A stretch of 37,958 bases of DNA, from assembly GCA_032718475.1 (NCBI GenBank), contig JAUCBJ010008844.1, positions 1 to 37,958 of the forward strand, read 5' to 3'. The position numbers were made by a program, and so were the translations under genes. The notes beneath the pieces are model-generated. The model worked only from the letters and a program-made list of their open reading frames with translations. It did no database searches and was not told the DNA's origin. The stretch is from Nemertoderma westbladi (lineage: Eukaryota > Animalia > Xenacoelomorpha). Of the stretch, positions 1 to 10,346 are shown piece after piece (position 1 is the stretch's first letter; each line of letters begins with the position of its first letter).

Positions 1-109
1 ATTACGCCCCCAAGCGGGGCAACTGGGGAATTTAATCATTTCAATAGATTCAATAAATTCAATAAAAAGGAACTACACACATGAATTGATGATAAAATTG
101 AAAATTAAT

Positions 110-447
110 TATATGGAAAATATCGAGTGTAAAAATAACGCGAGTAAATATACCGAGTGTTGAAAATATCGAAAATATATGAAAATATCAATAATATCGC
201 GAGTTCAAAAGAAATATCACATCGAGAGCAAAAATATCGAGAGCAAAAACACCGAGAGTAAAAATATCGAGAGTAAAAAGAAATATCGTGAGTAAAAATA
301 TCGAGAGTAAAAATATCGAGAGTAAAAAAAAAAAAAATATCGTGAGTAAAAAAATATCGAGAATAAAAATATCGAGAGTAAAAAAATATCGTGAGTAAAA
401 AATATCGAGAGTAAAAATATCGAGAGTAAGAAAATATCGAGACTAAA
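110..447. repeat. Imperfect ~15-18 bp tandem repeat (AAAATATCGAGAGT core) in the LINE 3' UTR
   Basis: Roughly 20 units with variable A-run length, most regular at 255-447. Confidence 0.9.
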
Positions 448-479
448 ATAGGAACATGCTAAATTATAAAATAAATAGA

Positions 480-3296
480 TTAAACGTTTGCTAGGGTTGC
501 GAGAGATGGGGCAGATGAACAGACCAAGATATGGAATTTATCTGTAATGGGCGAGTGACAGAATTTACAGGCACATGAATCGGATAAAGAGTGGAAAGGG
601 CGTTGGTCCAGGCAGAGTTTATGGTGGAACCCGTGCGCTGTCGTCCGACAGAGCACGTGGCGGTTCCTTTGGCCGGCTGACCTCCAGGTGGTAGATTTAA
701 AGGCTGGGCCTCGGATGAAACCTTCGCTAATAAAGTGGTTCTGGCGATCGGCTCTAAAAGCCTTATAAGATTGCACCACGTCTTTGTCGAAAATATTATT
801 GTGTTTAGATAGGATGCATTCCACTAGAGTTCTTTCTCCCGTAAGATTATGTGCTAAAGTTGAGGAGGCGTTGGTAGGAAGACCTAGCATTTTCTTTAAA
901 AAGGACGATTTAATTTTATCAAGCTCTTTTAGATTATTTAGTTTTAAAAACTTCCCATATGATGTAATGGCATATAGAGCTTTCGGGGCGATTTTACCGT
1001 TAAATATTTTGAGACCGGTATCAACAGATAAAAGAGGTAAATAGCTAAGTGAACCTATTATACTGTAGCAATCACGTTTTTTTCTGTCTATATGTCTCCT
1101 AAAACTGAGATAAGATTGCACTGTTAAACCTAGATAGTCGTAGGAATTTTCAATTTTGACAATATCACCACCGAAATAAAATACATCGCTGTTATTTAAT
1201 CGGCCACCTTTCCTAAATTTTACGATTTTAGTTTTCTTAAGGTTAACCATCATTCCATTCTCCGAACACCATAAATGTACTAGGTTTAAAGCTAACTGTA
1301 TGTCTGTGGCACTGTTCGAGTAAATGACTAGATCATCTGCATAAAATATAATAAAAATAGTGTGGGCTATAGAAAGAAGTCTGTAGGCCAAATCTGCAAT
1401 GAATAACAAAAATAATGTCGGAGATAAACAATCTCCCTGTAAAACACCTCTAAGTTGGCTAATAACGTTAGAGAGTCTAAGACCATCAAATATACGAATT
1501 GAGTTATTGAGAATATCGCGAATAATATTATAAACTTTCCCCTTAATACCGGAGTTGTAAATTTTATATAGAAGTTTAGCTCTAGAAACAAGGTCAAAAG
1601 CCTTTTTAAAATCAATAAAACAGGCGTATACTTTACGGTCACTGCGTGATGATGAGCTAAGTGAGTTACGTATATGAGAAAGGAATTTATCTAATGCTTG
1701 AGTTGTTGACTTTCCACGCAGAAACCCATATTGATCTAATGGGAACTGGGAAGCTAGATTTGACAAAATTCTTTTGTTAAAAATCGATGTGAGAATTTTT
1801 AGAAAAACTGCTATCAAGGCAATGCCACGGTAATTGTCGGGATCCCGTCGAGACCCTTTGCCTTTGAACAGAATATTAATAAAACTCAATTTCCAGGCCA
1901 AGGGTATCGATGAGCAGTTCAAACACAGGTTATATAACATGGTTATTTGAATTAAAAAGAACGGCAGTAGATCCTTAAGGTGTTCATAAAAGAACCCGTC
2001 CGGCCCGGAAGCTTTCTTGTTTTTCGAATGTTTTATAGAGTCCGCAACTTCTTCTTTAGTGATTGGTTCATTATACCATTCATGGTCGGAAAGCTCCTCA
2101 GCGGATGGCATGGGAGGGTCCGGACAACCCACTGGCGTATTCGCTGTACCGAGCAGAGATTGAAAGTGAGACTCCAGTCGATTGGCTTCGATCGGGGCTG
2201 CAGTGTTATTTGTATCTTTGAATAGAGACCAAGGGTCAACCTCTGCCTTGTCGAGACGGTTTAGAATCTTCAAATCATTATGAGAGCGTTGTTTCTTTTT
2301 AATCAGGTTTTTGTAGCTTTTCCTTGAGTTCCAATATTGGCTGGCGGAATCTAACGAGATATGGCGATTTCGCATTAAAGAGATCAGTTCCTTTTTGGCT
2401 CGAACACAGTCGGTGTCGAACCATGGTTTGTTTCTCCCTTTATACGGCTGTTTCACATTGATGGAGTCTGACATGGCTTCCTCGAGAAGTTCCCAGATAT
2501 AATCTGGAGAACCCTGACTAGTTGCAGAGATAGTGTTCAGCATTTCAGTTATTAAGGTTGTATTGGGGTGCATAGCAAAGAGTTTCATATTTAAGGTTCT
2601 GCATAAAGCGGCTGGTCGCGAATCTATTGAGGTACTTGTAGAAAAGAGGTTGAGATAAAAGCGTATAATTAAACGTTGATGTTTTCTTATTGGGGTTTCT
2701 TTGATCGCAACGGTGGGGAGAATCGTTGATTTACTGTTTGGGTCGTTCATGAACACTAAATCAATCACACTTTCTCCTTGGGGGGAGATGTAAGTCGGTT
2801 GACCAGGAGTGTCAAACTCCAGACATACGAAACCAAGTTGTTCCAGACTCTCACATAAATCGGATCCACGGGTTCCTCTATCCAGTCTGCAGTTGAAATC
2901 GCCGGCAAGAATTATAGTAGACAGTGGGTCAGTGTGGGTAAGTGACTCGGAAATAGTGAACAGAACTTCAGCAACAGAAGTTTCAGGGGTAAAGTAATAC
3001 AAGATAAAGTATGCCATGTTAGTGCGACATACTAGGTAATTTGCAGATTTATGTATTTCAGACGGATCGAGATGTGGCTTGGCAAGAACCAATAGGCCAC
3101 CATAGGGACGCCCATTAGTTGGTTTTATAGCTGGTTGTATGAATGAATAATAACCTTCCAGTTCTATGGTATCATTTGTGATAAAAGTTTCGTTGAGTAG
3201 TAAAATATCATTGTCTCCGTACAGATCTTCCGAATTTGTTGTTTCATTAATAAATCGGAACCCTTCCACATTCCACAGTAGTAATGAAACTGTTTG
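480..3296 (-). CDS. LINE ORF2: APE endonuclease, reverse transcriptase and C-terminal Cys/His motif
   Basis: The frame is open from 3296 (QTVSLLLWNVEG). APE motifs WNVEG, LLNETF, GRPYGG, AGDFN, SVIDLVF; RT motifs SGPDG, NYRGIAL, QYGF, FIDFKKAFD, GVLQGDCLSP, YADD, YLG; C-terminal CKFC..H..C. The supplied ORF track starts at a GTG inside the WNV motif. Confidence 0.95.
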   Translation of the reverse strand, partial: QTVSLLLWNVEGFRFINETTNSEDLYGDNDILLLNETFITNDTIELEGYYSFIQPAIKPTNGRPYGGLLVLAKPHLDPSEIHKSANYLVCRTNMAYFILYYFTPETSVAEVLFTISESLTHTDPLSTIILAGDFNCRLDRGTRGSDLCESLEQLGFVCLEFDTPGQPTYISPQGESVIDLVFMNDPNSKSTILPTVAIKETPIRKHQRLIIRFYLNLFSTSTSIDSRPAALCRTLNMKLFAMHPNTTLITEMLNTISATSQGSPDYIWELLEEAMSDSINVKQPYKGRNKPWFDTDCVRAKKELISLMRNRHISLDSASQYWNSRKSYKNLIKKKQRSHNDLKILNRLDKAEVDPWSLFKDTNNTAAPIEANRLESHFQSLLGTANTPVGCPDPPMPSAEELSDHEWYNEPITKEEVADSIKHSKNKKASGPDGFFYEHLKDLLPFFLIQITMLYNLCLNCSSIPLAWKLSFINILFKGKGSRRDPDNYRGIALIAVFLKILTSIFNKRILSNLASQFPLDQYGFLRGKSTTQALDKFLSHIRNSLSSSSRSDRKVYACFIDFKKAFDLVSRAKLLYKIYNSGIKGKVYNIIRDILNNSIRIFDGLRLSNVISQLRGVLQGDCLSPTLFLLFIADLAYRLLSIAHTIFIIFYADDLVIYSNSATDIQLALNLVHLWCSENGMMVNLKKTKIVKFRKGGRLNNSDVFYFGGDIVKIENSYDYLGLTVQSYLSFRRHIDRKKRDCYSIIGSLSYLPLLSVDTGLKIFNGKIAPKALYAITSYGKFLKLNNLKELDKIKSSFLKKMLGLPTNASSTLAHNLTGERTLVECILSKHNNIFDKDVVQSYKAFRADRQNHFISEGFIRGPAFKSTTWRSAGQRNRHVLCRTTAHGFHHKLCLDQRPFHSLSDSCACKFCHSPITDKFHILVCSSAPSLATLANV

Positions 3297-4274
3297 TCAA
3301 TCAGTCTGGTCTGCGTTATCACATGATACCCTGCCCCGTTGGCCTTCTGGTTCGAGCTGAGAGGACTGTGGAAAAGGTTCAGTTCGTCGTTTTGGTTTTA
3401 ACCCAAACTGTTCGCGTTCTGAATTTGTCAGCTTATAATTCTTTATCCTGATCTCTTCATCCCAGATGTCGGGATTCATGACCTCGTCTCGTTGTGATTG
3501 ATTACAGATTAGATGGAATGCCCTTTGGGAAGAGTCGGGGTGAATCGGTAGACCATGTACACCGTGGAGATGGATTCCCAGGCCCGATAGATAGTCAGTA
3601 ATTGATTTTTCAGTTTCCTCTAGTGCAACGTTTCCCAAATGGATATGCGCATTATTAGTTGTAGCAGATCGTTTGCCCCCCAGCCTGTTTTTTGGGGCAG
3701 CGCGGATAACACAGCCAACCCGGTTGCCACGGGTTATATGAGCTCGGTGGATAGGTTGTAGCCTGGAAGGATAGCTATTTTTTGGAGGTATTGGGATCGA
3801 GTTGGGATGAGTGTCCGGATAAGTTGGTGAAGTTGTGATCACCCTATCTTGTAGGTTCTGCCGGGTGTAGTGATCTGTGTCCCATTGCGGCCTAACAACT
3901 TCGCTATACGACCGTAAGTTTTGTTCAATACTCCCAGCTGAGGCGGTTATTCCAGCAGTTGTTACCGATGAAACGGTAGAGGGTATAGGAGTAGTGGCTG
4001 GTAAACCTTCTGTTAGGGCGATTAGTTTATCTTTTGCTGTAAGTGTTTCGTTCTTCGCGAGTATTGTTTCGTTGCGGGCATCGGCCACTCGGCTTACCGA
4101 CGTCATATATAAAACATTCAAACGAGTGAGGCTGCTCAGCATCGCGCGTTCGTCATCATTTGAAGTGCTACGTTTCTCTTTAGCTGTCTTAATTATCGAT
4201 ATAATCTTGCTAATTGTTGAGGAAAATTCATCTGAATCAGGCGCTGCCATTTTGTTAAAATCATATAAAATCAT
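3297..4274 (-). CDS. LINE ORF1 (325 aa), putative nucleic-acid chaperone with N-terminal helical region and C-terminal RRM-like fold
   Basis: Directly upstream of ORF2 on the same strand. The C-terminal pattern IHLGNV..ITDYL..AFHL..VMNPDIWDEEIRIKNY resembles RRM-like ORF1 domains of CR1/L2-group elements. Confidence 0.8.
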   Translation of the reverse strand: MILYDFNKMAAPDSDEFSSTISKIISIIKTAKEKRSTSNDDERAMLSSLTRLNVLYMTSVSRVADARNETILAKNETLTAKDKLIALTEGLPATTPIPSTVSSVTTAGITASAGSIEQNLRSYSEVVRPQWDTDHYTRQNLQDRVITTSPTYPDTHPNSIPIPPKNSYPSRLQPIHRAHITRGNRVGCVIRAAPKNRLGGKRSATTNNAHIHLGNVALEETEKSITDYLSGLGIHLHGVHGLPIHPDSSQRAFHLICNQSQRDEVMNPDIWDEEIRIKNYKLTNSEREQFGLKPKRRTEPFPQSSQLEPEGQRGRVSCDNADQTD

Positions 4275-4402
4275 GCAGTCATGTAAAGCAATCGGAAAAT
4301 TGTTTAGGGCAGTAGCAGAGTAGGGCAGTAGGGCAGTAGTTATTAACTACTGCTACTATTAATATTTTGGATATGAAGAATTTAATATTATAGTAAGTAT
4401 GT

Positions 4403-4567
4403 GTAAGTATTACACACAGGGAAGTTTGCAAACGTAAGTATTACACACAGGAAAGCTTACAAACGTAAGTATTACACACAGGAAAGCTTGCAAACGTAAG
4501 TATTACACACAGGAAAGCTTACAAACGTAAGTATTACACACAGGAAAGCTTGCAAACGTAAGTATTC
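4403..4567. repeat. 31-bp tandem repeat, 5 full copies plus a partial (GTAAGTATTACACACAGGAAAGCTTRCAAAC)
   Basis: Units start at 4403, 4434, 4465, 4496, 4527 and 4558; G/A alternates at one position. Confidence 0.95.
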
Positions 4568-4989
4568 AAAATAGGACAGGTTTATTGCACCTGGGTTCAA
4601 AGCAAACGTTAAGTGTTACATATAGGATGGCGAGTCATTGTAAGTATTACACAGGAAAGCATGCTAATAATATAAGTGTTACACGAGTTTTGGGCTTCGC
4701 GCAGCACGAAGTCTGTATGAGCCTTTGTGTAGCAGTAAAATTTGTAGACCTGGTTATATTTATAATAGCCTGGCGATCCTACCGTTTACTTACCGTTACC
4801 GAACTGCACCTATTAGTTCGACGGTAGCGTAAACAGACAGATTTGCTGTAAAATAAATTATCGTATCGTACTATCGTATGCCACACCCTATGGACTCATC
4901 AGCCTCACCCGCTTAATAACGTCTCCCTCATGTAACATTCTCCATTATATTTCAATTTTCTAATACAAAATTATTGTATACTTCCACAG

Positions 4990-5244
4990 CCTGTGACTGC
5001 CATCCTGTTGGTTCTAGCGGCCGAATCTGCAACCAGACGACCGGCCAATGCCCATGCAAACAAGGAGTCACCTCGTTGCTATGCGACAGATGCGCCAAAG
5101 GATACTCACAGAGTCACAGTGAGATAGACCCGTGTGTGCGTCGCGGCAGGTTGGATGACAAACCTGCGAAACCAACGTGCCCAACCAATTGTAAGACCAA
5201 CAATAAAAAGGTCAACAACGGAAAATTCTGTGAGAAAAGCTTTG
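4990..5244 (+). CDS. netrin: Netrin coding exon: third laminin-type EGF repeat and start of the NTR (C345C) domain
   Basis: [50 protein letters not shown] closely matches the netrin-1/UNC-6 LE3 repeat. Acceptor ttccacAG ends at 4989; donor GTAAGT at 5245. Confidence 0.92.
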
Positions 5245-5728
5245 GTAAGTATAAAAATAACTATTTATTATTCCGTCAAAACTGGTTAGGTCAAATTTAC
5301 ACATCAAAGGGCCATATTTTTTGAAAAATATTCGAAAGTTGAAGAAATGTAAAAATAATTTGTTTCTTACAAATAACTTGCTAGAAGAAGTAGGGACTTT
5401 ATAAGGTGCCCGGAAAAAAGGAAATGAAAATAAATTAATATAAATATAATTTTGGGTCCAATTTATAGAGTATTTTTAGTCCGGGTAGATTTTGTTCGGC
5501 TAGATTTTTTCCTGGGACCTTTTGTAACTAAAGGTCATCAAAAATAATAAATGTTATCCTATGCGATGAATGCAACTTCGGCAACTATCAATTTCGGAAA
5601 TTGTATTCCTTAAAATGTCGAACTATTGTTGTAGTTTCTGCATATCTCTTCTTTTTCATAGAGACAGTTACAGACTTTATGTAAAGTCTAAACTACCTTA
5701 GTTTCATACTTCACCTTTGTTGTTACAG

Positions 5729-5918
5729 CTGCGGTCGTTTCTGTGATTGGGAAGCAGTTGGAGTCATCCAGAGACGTCACCTACATAAAGTACAGCGTGA
5801 AGGTTCTCAGTGTCTATAGGAACAGAAATGGTAGTCTAAGAGAGAACGTCTTCGAGGACATGTACATCAAAAAATCTGACGTCGACTGCAAGTGTCCAAA
5901 AGTCCGTCTAGAGAGAAA
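5729..5918 (+). CDS. netrin: Netrin coding exon (NTR domain), absent from the ORF track
   Basis: Acceptor tgttacAG at 5728, donor GTGAGT at 5919; phases fit both neighbouring exons. Translates AAVVSVIGKQLESSRDVTYIKYSVKVLSVYRNRNGSLRENVFEDMYIKKSDVDCKCPKVRLERK, with the NTR CKCPK motif. Confidence 0.9.
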
Positions 5919-6144
5919 GTGAGTCTACCGATATTTATAATAGGTCATAGCAGTTGCCGTTTGCGTGGATATTCGAATAGCCTATCTTGTTATTCTACTA
6001 CTACACTAAACACTGCAAGGCACTATTTTGGTACATGTACATAGAAATACGTAGATAAATGTAAATGTACATATTTTATGTTTAATGGTTATGAAGATAA
6101 ATAATTAATATCTTGTAATAAATTGCTCGTTTTCCACTCTACTT

Positions 6145-6596
6145 CAGGCTCGTTTCCGCGCTGCTTTTTTGAGCTTTATTTAGTTAAAACAATTTCTAAA
6201 AATTCATTGCTTCAGATGAATCTGAGAATCGGAGAATTTGGAATTTGAAAACCTAAAATAAAGAATAAAGCTCCAAACAAAGCTTATAAAAAAGCTTGAA
6301 AAAAAGCTCAAAAAAAAGCTTGGTCCAAATTTGAAAATATTTCGATTATAAGTATAAATTAGTGTTGGTATGACATGAATGTTCTAAAAATTAACCTTAA
6401 TCTCGAATTTTAAATACAAAGTAGTAGGCCTACTGGTACAGTATGCGTATCTCCATTTTAACTAAACGTTGAAAAGGTAAAACAAGCTTGAAAAAAGTTC
6501 AATAAAAAGCTTGAAAAAATGCTTAAAAAGCTAGAATTACAGCACAAAAAAAGCTCAGAATACCTTACATAAAAAAGCAGCGCGGAAGCGGGCCTT
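6145..6596. mobile_element. MITE-like element in the last netrin intron with ~25-bp terminal inverted repeats
   Basis: AGGCTCGTTTCCGCGCTGCTTTTTT (6146) versus AAAAAAGCAGCGCGGAAGCGGGCCT (ends 6595), 2 mismatches; internal AAAAAGCT(T/C) repeats; no clear TSD. Confidence 0.75.
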
Positions 6597-6653
6597 TACT
6601 AGTATCGGTATTATATTAATGTTAAATATATTAATTTTTTTAATGTTCTGCAG

Positions 6654-6804
6654 ATATCTTGTAATGGGAGATATATCCAGTGTTCAGCAAATCAGCCGAT
6701 ACAATGGCATTCTTCTAACAAGTAAAGATACAGTCCTGGTCTGGAAGAATAAGTGGGAAAGAAAGTTAAGAAAATACCAGAGACGTGTCAACAGATGTCG
6801 GTGA
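6654..6804 (+). CDS. netrin: Netrin terminal coding exon (end of NTR domain, stop TGA 6802-6804)
   Basis: Acceptor ttctgcAG at 6653. YLVMG...VLVWKNKWERKLRKYQRRVNRCR matches the basic netrin C-terminus. Confidence 0.9.
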
Positions 6805-7287
6805 AAATATATATATTCCTTAAGGCGTTACTGATGACGTCACCATGAATCACGTAATGACGTCATATTGAGTCAGTATATAATATATGCGAGGATTACT
6901 ATTTGATGCAGACTGGTTTAATTATTTTGTCTTTAATATTCATAAAATGATTAACCGATTTAACTTTTATCTGGAGTGGGTAAAGTCTCTTTACAAACTA
7001 TCCCCTCTTCTCTTTCTGTGCGTATACGTCTGGGTCTCTCATTGTGTGAACTCTAGCCTCTAAAGCGTCATATTTTTTTACATTATACTCTCACGCATAA
7101 TATGAATTGGACCTTAACTACCCCTACTTTACTACATAATTTATTGTAAAATTTTAAAGTAAACTCACTAAAATGTTTTCTCAAGATTGTGACATCATCA
7201 CATTATATTTATGGCTAATCCTGATCAATTTTATGACGATGTACTTTTTTCCATCAATTTTAATAATATTATGTTTATAATAATCGT

Positions 7288-7341
7288 AATAAATTTTCAT
7301 CTACTCTATATCGAAATTAATCAGCTTTCAGAACGAATAAA
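7288..7341 (+). promoter_or_regulatory. Candidate netrin polyadenylation signals (AATAAA at 7288 and 7336)
   Basis: Canonical hexamers ~500 nt after the stop, but the AT-rich context makes chance occurrence likely. Confidence 0.35.
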
Positions 7342-7564
7342 TGAAAAGCATATCAATACTGTACAATACAGTTTCCTCTTATATTAAGATAATATTTGAA
7401 GATGAGTTTTAAGAGAATCTATAAATAATATTTAGCTGCAGTAGTGTAACAATTACTTTGGTGAGCAGTGTTGTATTTAATAGTTATGAGTGGTTATGGT
7501 TAATGGTCAGATCTCTAATGGTATGGAAAGAGTTCTGTTTTAGCAAATTTAAACTTAAAACCAG

Positions 7565-9049
7565 TCCAAGGTACATTAGCTGCTGAACACCGGATCCAAG
7601 GTACATTAGCTGCTGAACACCGGATCCAAGTTACAGCAGGTGCTAAACACCGGATCCAAAGTACAGCAGCTGCTGAACACCGGATCCAAGGTACAGTAGC
7701 TGCTGAACACTGGATCTAAGGTACAGTAGCTGCTGAACACCGGATCCAAGGTACATTAGCTGCTGAAAACCGGATCCAAGGTACAGTAGCTGCCGAACAC
7801 CGGATCCAAGGTACAGTAGCTGCTGAACAACGGATCTAAGGTACAGTAGCTGCTGAACACCGGATCCAAGGTACAGTAGCTGCTGAACACCGGATCTAAG
7901 TTACAGTAGCTGCTGAACACCGGATCCAAGGTACAGTAGCTGCTGAACACCGGATCCAAGGTACATTAGCTGCTGAACACCGTATATAAGGTGCAGTAGC
8001 TGCTGAACACCTGATCCAAGGTACAGTAGCAGCTGAACACCGGATCCAAGGTACAGTAGCTGATGAATAACCGTATCCAAGCTGCTGAACACCGGATCCA
8101 CGGTATAGTAGCTGCTGAACACCGGATCCAAGGTACAGTAGCTGCTGAACACCGGATCCAAGGTACAGTGGCTTCTGAACACCGGTTCTAAGGTTCAGTA
8201 GCTGCTGAACACCGGATCTAAGGTACAGTAGCTGCTGAACACCGGATCTAAGGTACAGTAGCTGCTGAACACCGGATCTAAGGTACAGCAGCTGCTGAAC
8301 ACCGGATCCAAGGTACAGCTGCTGCTGAAACCGGATCTAAAGTACAGCAACTGCTGAACACCGGATCCAAGGTACAGTAGCTGCTGAACACCGGATCCAA
8401 GGTACAGTAGCTGCTGAACACCGGATCCAAGGTACAGTAGCTGCTGAACACCGGATCCGAGGTACAGTAGCTGCTGAACACCGGATCCAAGGTACAGTAG
8501 CTGCTGAACACCGGATCCAAGGTACAGTAGCTGCTGAACACCGGATCCAAGGTACAGTAGCTGCTGAACACCGGATCCAAGGTACAGTAGCTGCTGAACA
8601 CCGGATCTAAGATACAGTAGCTGCTGAACACCGGATCTAAGGTACAGCAGCTGCTGAACACCGGATCCAAGGTAGTAGCTGCTGAACACCGGATCCAAGG
8701 TACAGTAGCTGCTGAACACCGGATCCGAGGTACAGTAGCTGCTGAACACCGGATCCAAGGTACAGTAGCTGCTGAACACCGGATCCAAGGTACAGTAGCT
8801 GCTGAACACCGGATCCAAGGTACAGTAGCTGCTGAACACCGGTTCTAAGGTACAGTAGCTGCTGAACACCGGATCTAAGATACAGTAGCTGCTGAACACC
8901 GGATCTAAGGTACAGTAGCTGCTGAACACCGGATCTAAGGTACAGCAGCTGCTGAACACCGGTTCCAAGGTACAGCTGCTGCTGAAACCGGATCCAAAGT
9001 ACAGCATGACTGCTGAATACCGGGTCTAAGGTACAGTAGCCGCTGAACA
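7565..9049. repeat. 30-bp satellite/minisatellite, ~49 copies (CCGGATCCAAGGTACAGTAGCTGCTGAACA)
   Basis: Head-to-tail units with occasional substitutions and short indels, no spacers. Confidence 0.97.
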
Positions 9050-9136
9050 ATTGAATTAATTTCAAAGAATTTCTGTTACAGTTTCTGTTTACCTATCACA
9101 GAAATTAAGTTTATTGCTTAGCCCTATAGACAAATA

Positions 9137-9254
9137 GTATATGCTACTGTATATGCTACTGTATATGCTACCATATATGCTACTGTATATGCTACTGTAT
9201 ATGCTACTGTATATGCTACTGTATATGCTACTGTATTTGCTACTGTATATGCTA
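9137..9254. repeat. 12-bp tandem repeat (ATGCTACTGTAT), ~10 copies
   Basis: Directly visible. Confidence 0.95.
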
Positions 9255-9652
9255 TTTTATTATATTTTTGGAATTTTCAAGGTGTAATAATTCAAAATTA
9301 TTCACGTGTTAATCTATCTAGATGGAAATCCATCTGTAATTATGTTAAGAACATAACAAAGCCGCAAAACCGTTTGAATTCCACCCCAATATGGTAATAA
9401 TATTACTGCTACAGAACCGGTACTATTAATAGTATACTATATGATTTGTTTGTATTATTTGTTCTAATATAATAAATTCGTCCCGCACCGATGTTTTGAG
9501 ATATTAAGTATTACTTAGTGCTAATTACATAAATATGTAATCATGGTAATAATTGGTTGTGATTCTCGTGTTTTTATTATTGCGGATTTCGCAAACTCAG
9601 AGGTATCTTACACTGTATATTTGTATATGAAATTATTAGTCACGGAGATTAA

Positions 9653-10346
9653 GGTGGGAGTACACCCTCCCCCCATGTCAAATTTTCAAATATCTGTTTT
9701 TTATTTAATCTATAGCAGTATTTAATGGGGATTTAAAATCTGAAAACCACTTAGTGAAACCGCTTTTAGTTTTCTGTATGTGATAGTCTCTCAGTCAAAT
9801 TGTAAAACAGGCAGACAACCGACAGACAGACTAGTTTCCACCAAACCTTAAAACTGACATCAGAAATGAAATCAGCGACTCCGAAAACCCCATAATGAAA
9901 GTTTTTGCCCAGTGATGCGCTTCTATCATGCCAGAAATAATCAACCAACCAGAGCACATATGGCCAGTTTTGCCGGCGGAAGGTTTAAACTTTGAAGTCA
10001 ATTATCTTTGAATGACATTTATCATTTTTCAAATTACTACTCCTCCGCCATTTTTTAACCAAATTTTACCAATAACTTTCACCTCCGTAATTTGAAAAAG
10101 ATTGGTTTCAGATAATTTCACGTAAAATTGAATAACTAGTAGCATTTTAACCGCAAATCTTGTTTCATTCAATGGCCGCTAGAGGGTGACTGGAAATTTG
10201 AAAATTTTACGCAAAAACAAATGTTTAGCGATATTTTAACAGCCCATTCTGTATAAAATCAAAATATTTTAATTTCAGTAGAATTTGTAGACATTTAAGA
10301 AAAGTGTTCGGGGGGGGGGGGGGGGGCTTAAGGGGTGTACTCTCCC
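9653..10346. mobile_element. Non-autonomous DNA transposon, Kolobok-like
   Basis: Flanked by TTAA (9649-9652 and 10347-10350); imperfect TIRs GGTGGGAGTACACCC / GGGGTGTACTCTCCC. TTAA TSD with purine-purine termini fits Kolobok rather than piggyBac. Confidence 0.7.

Larger units (their letters stand above)
1..4340 (-). mobile_element. Apparently intact two-ORF non-LTR retrotransposon (LINE, APE-RT type, CR1/L2-group-like; clade not resolved), antisense within a netrin intron
   Basis: ORF1 plus an uninterrupted APE-RT ORF2. The 3' UTR carries a minisatellite and a small GC hairpin (GCCCC-CAAGC-GGGGC, 6-20). The 3' terminus is at or beyond the window edge, so no TSD can be checked; the 5' boundary is approximate. 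Confidence 0.9.

Noticed and set aside
784-4323. Antisense and alternative-frame ORFs overlapping the LINE (and similar ones over gag, 23806-28581)
   Set aside because: Short shadows of long coding frames with no independent motifs.
4974-5324. ORF-track version of the netrin exon (116 aa) and of 6619-6804
   Set aside because: The ORF ends run into intron sequence; splice sites define the real exons as 4990-5244 and 6654-6804.
7565-9049. CRISPR-like appearance of ~30-bp partly palindromic repeats, and ORFs 7756-9065
   Set aside because: Units are head-to-tail with no unique spacers, there are no cas genes and the context is eukaryotic; the ORFs are artefacts of a unit length divisible by 3.
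7565-9049. Hammerhead ribozyme in the satellite unit
   Set aside because: The unit has CTGAACA rather than CUGANGA and no properly placed GAAA core.
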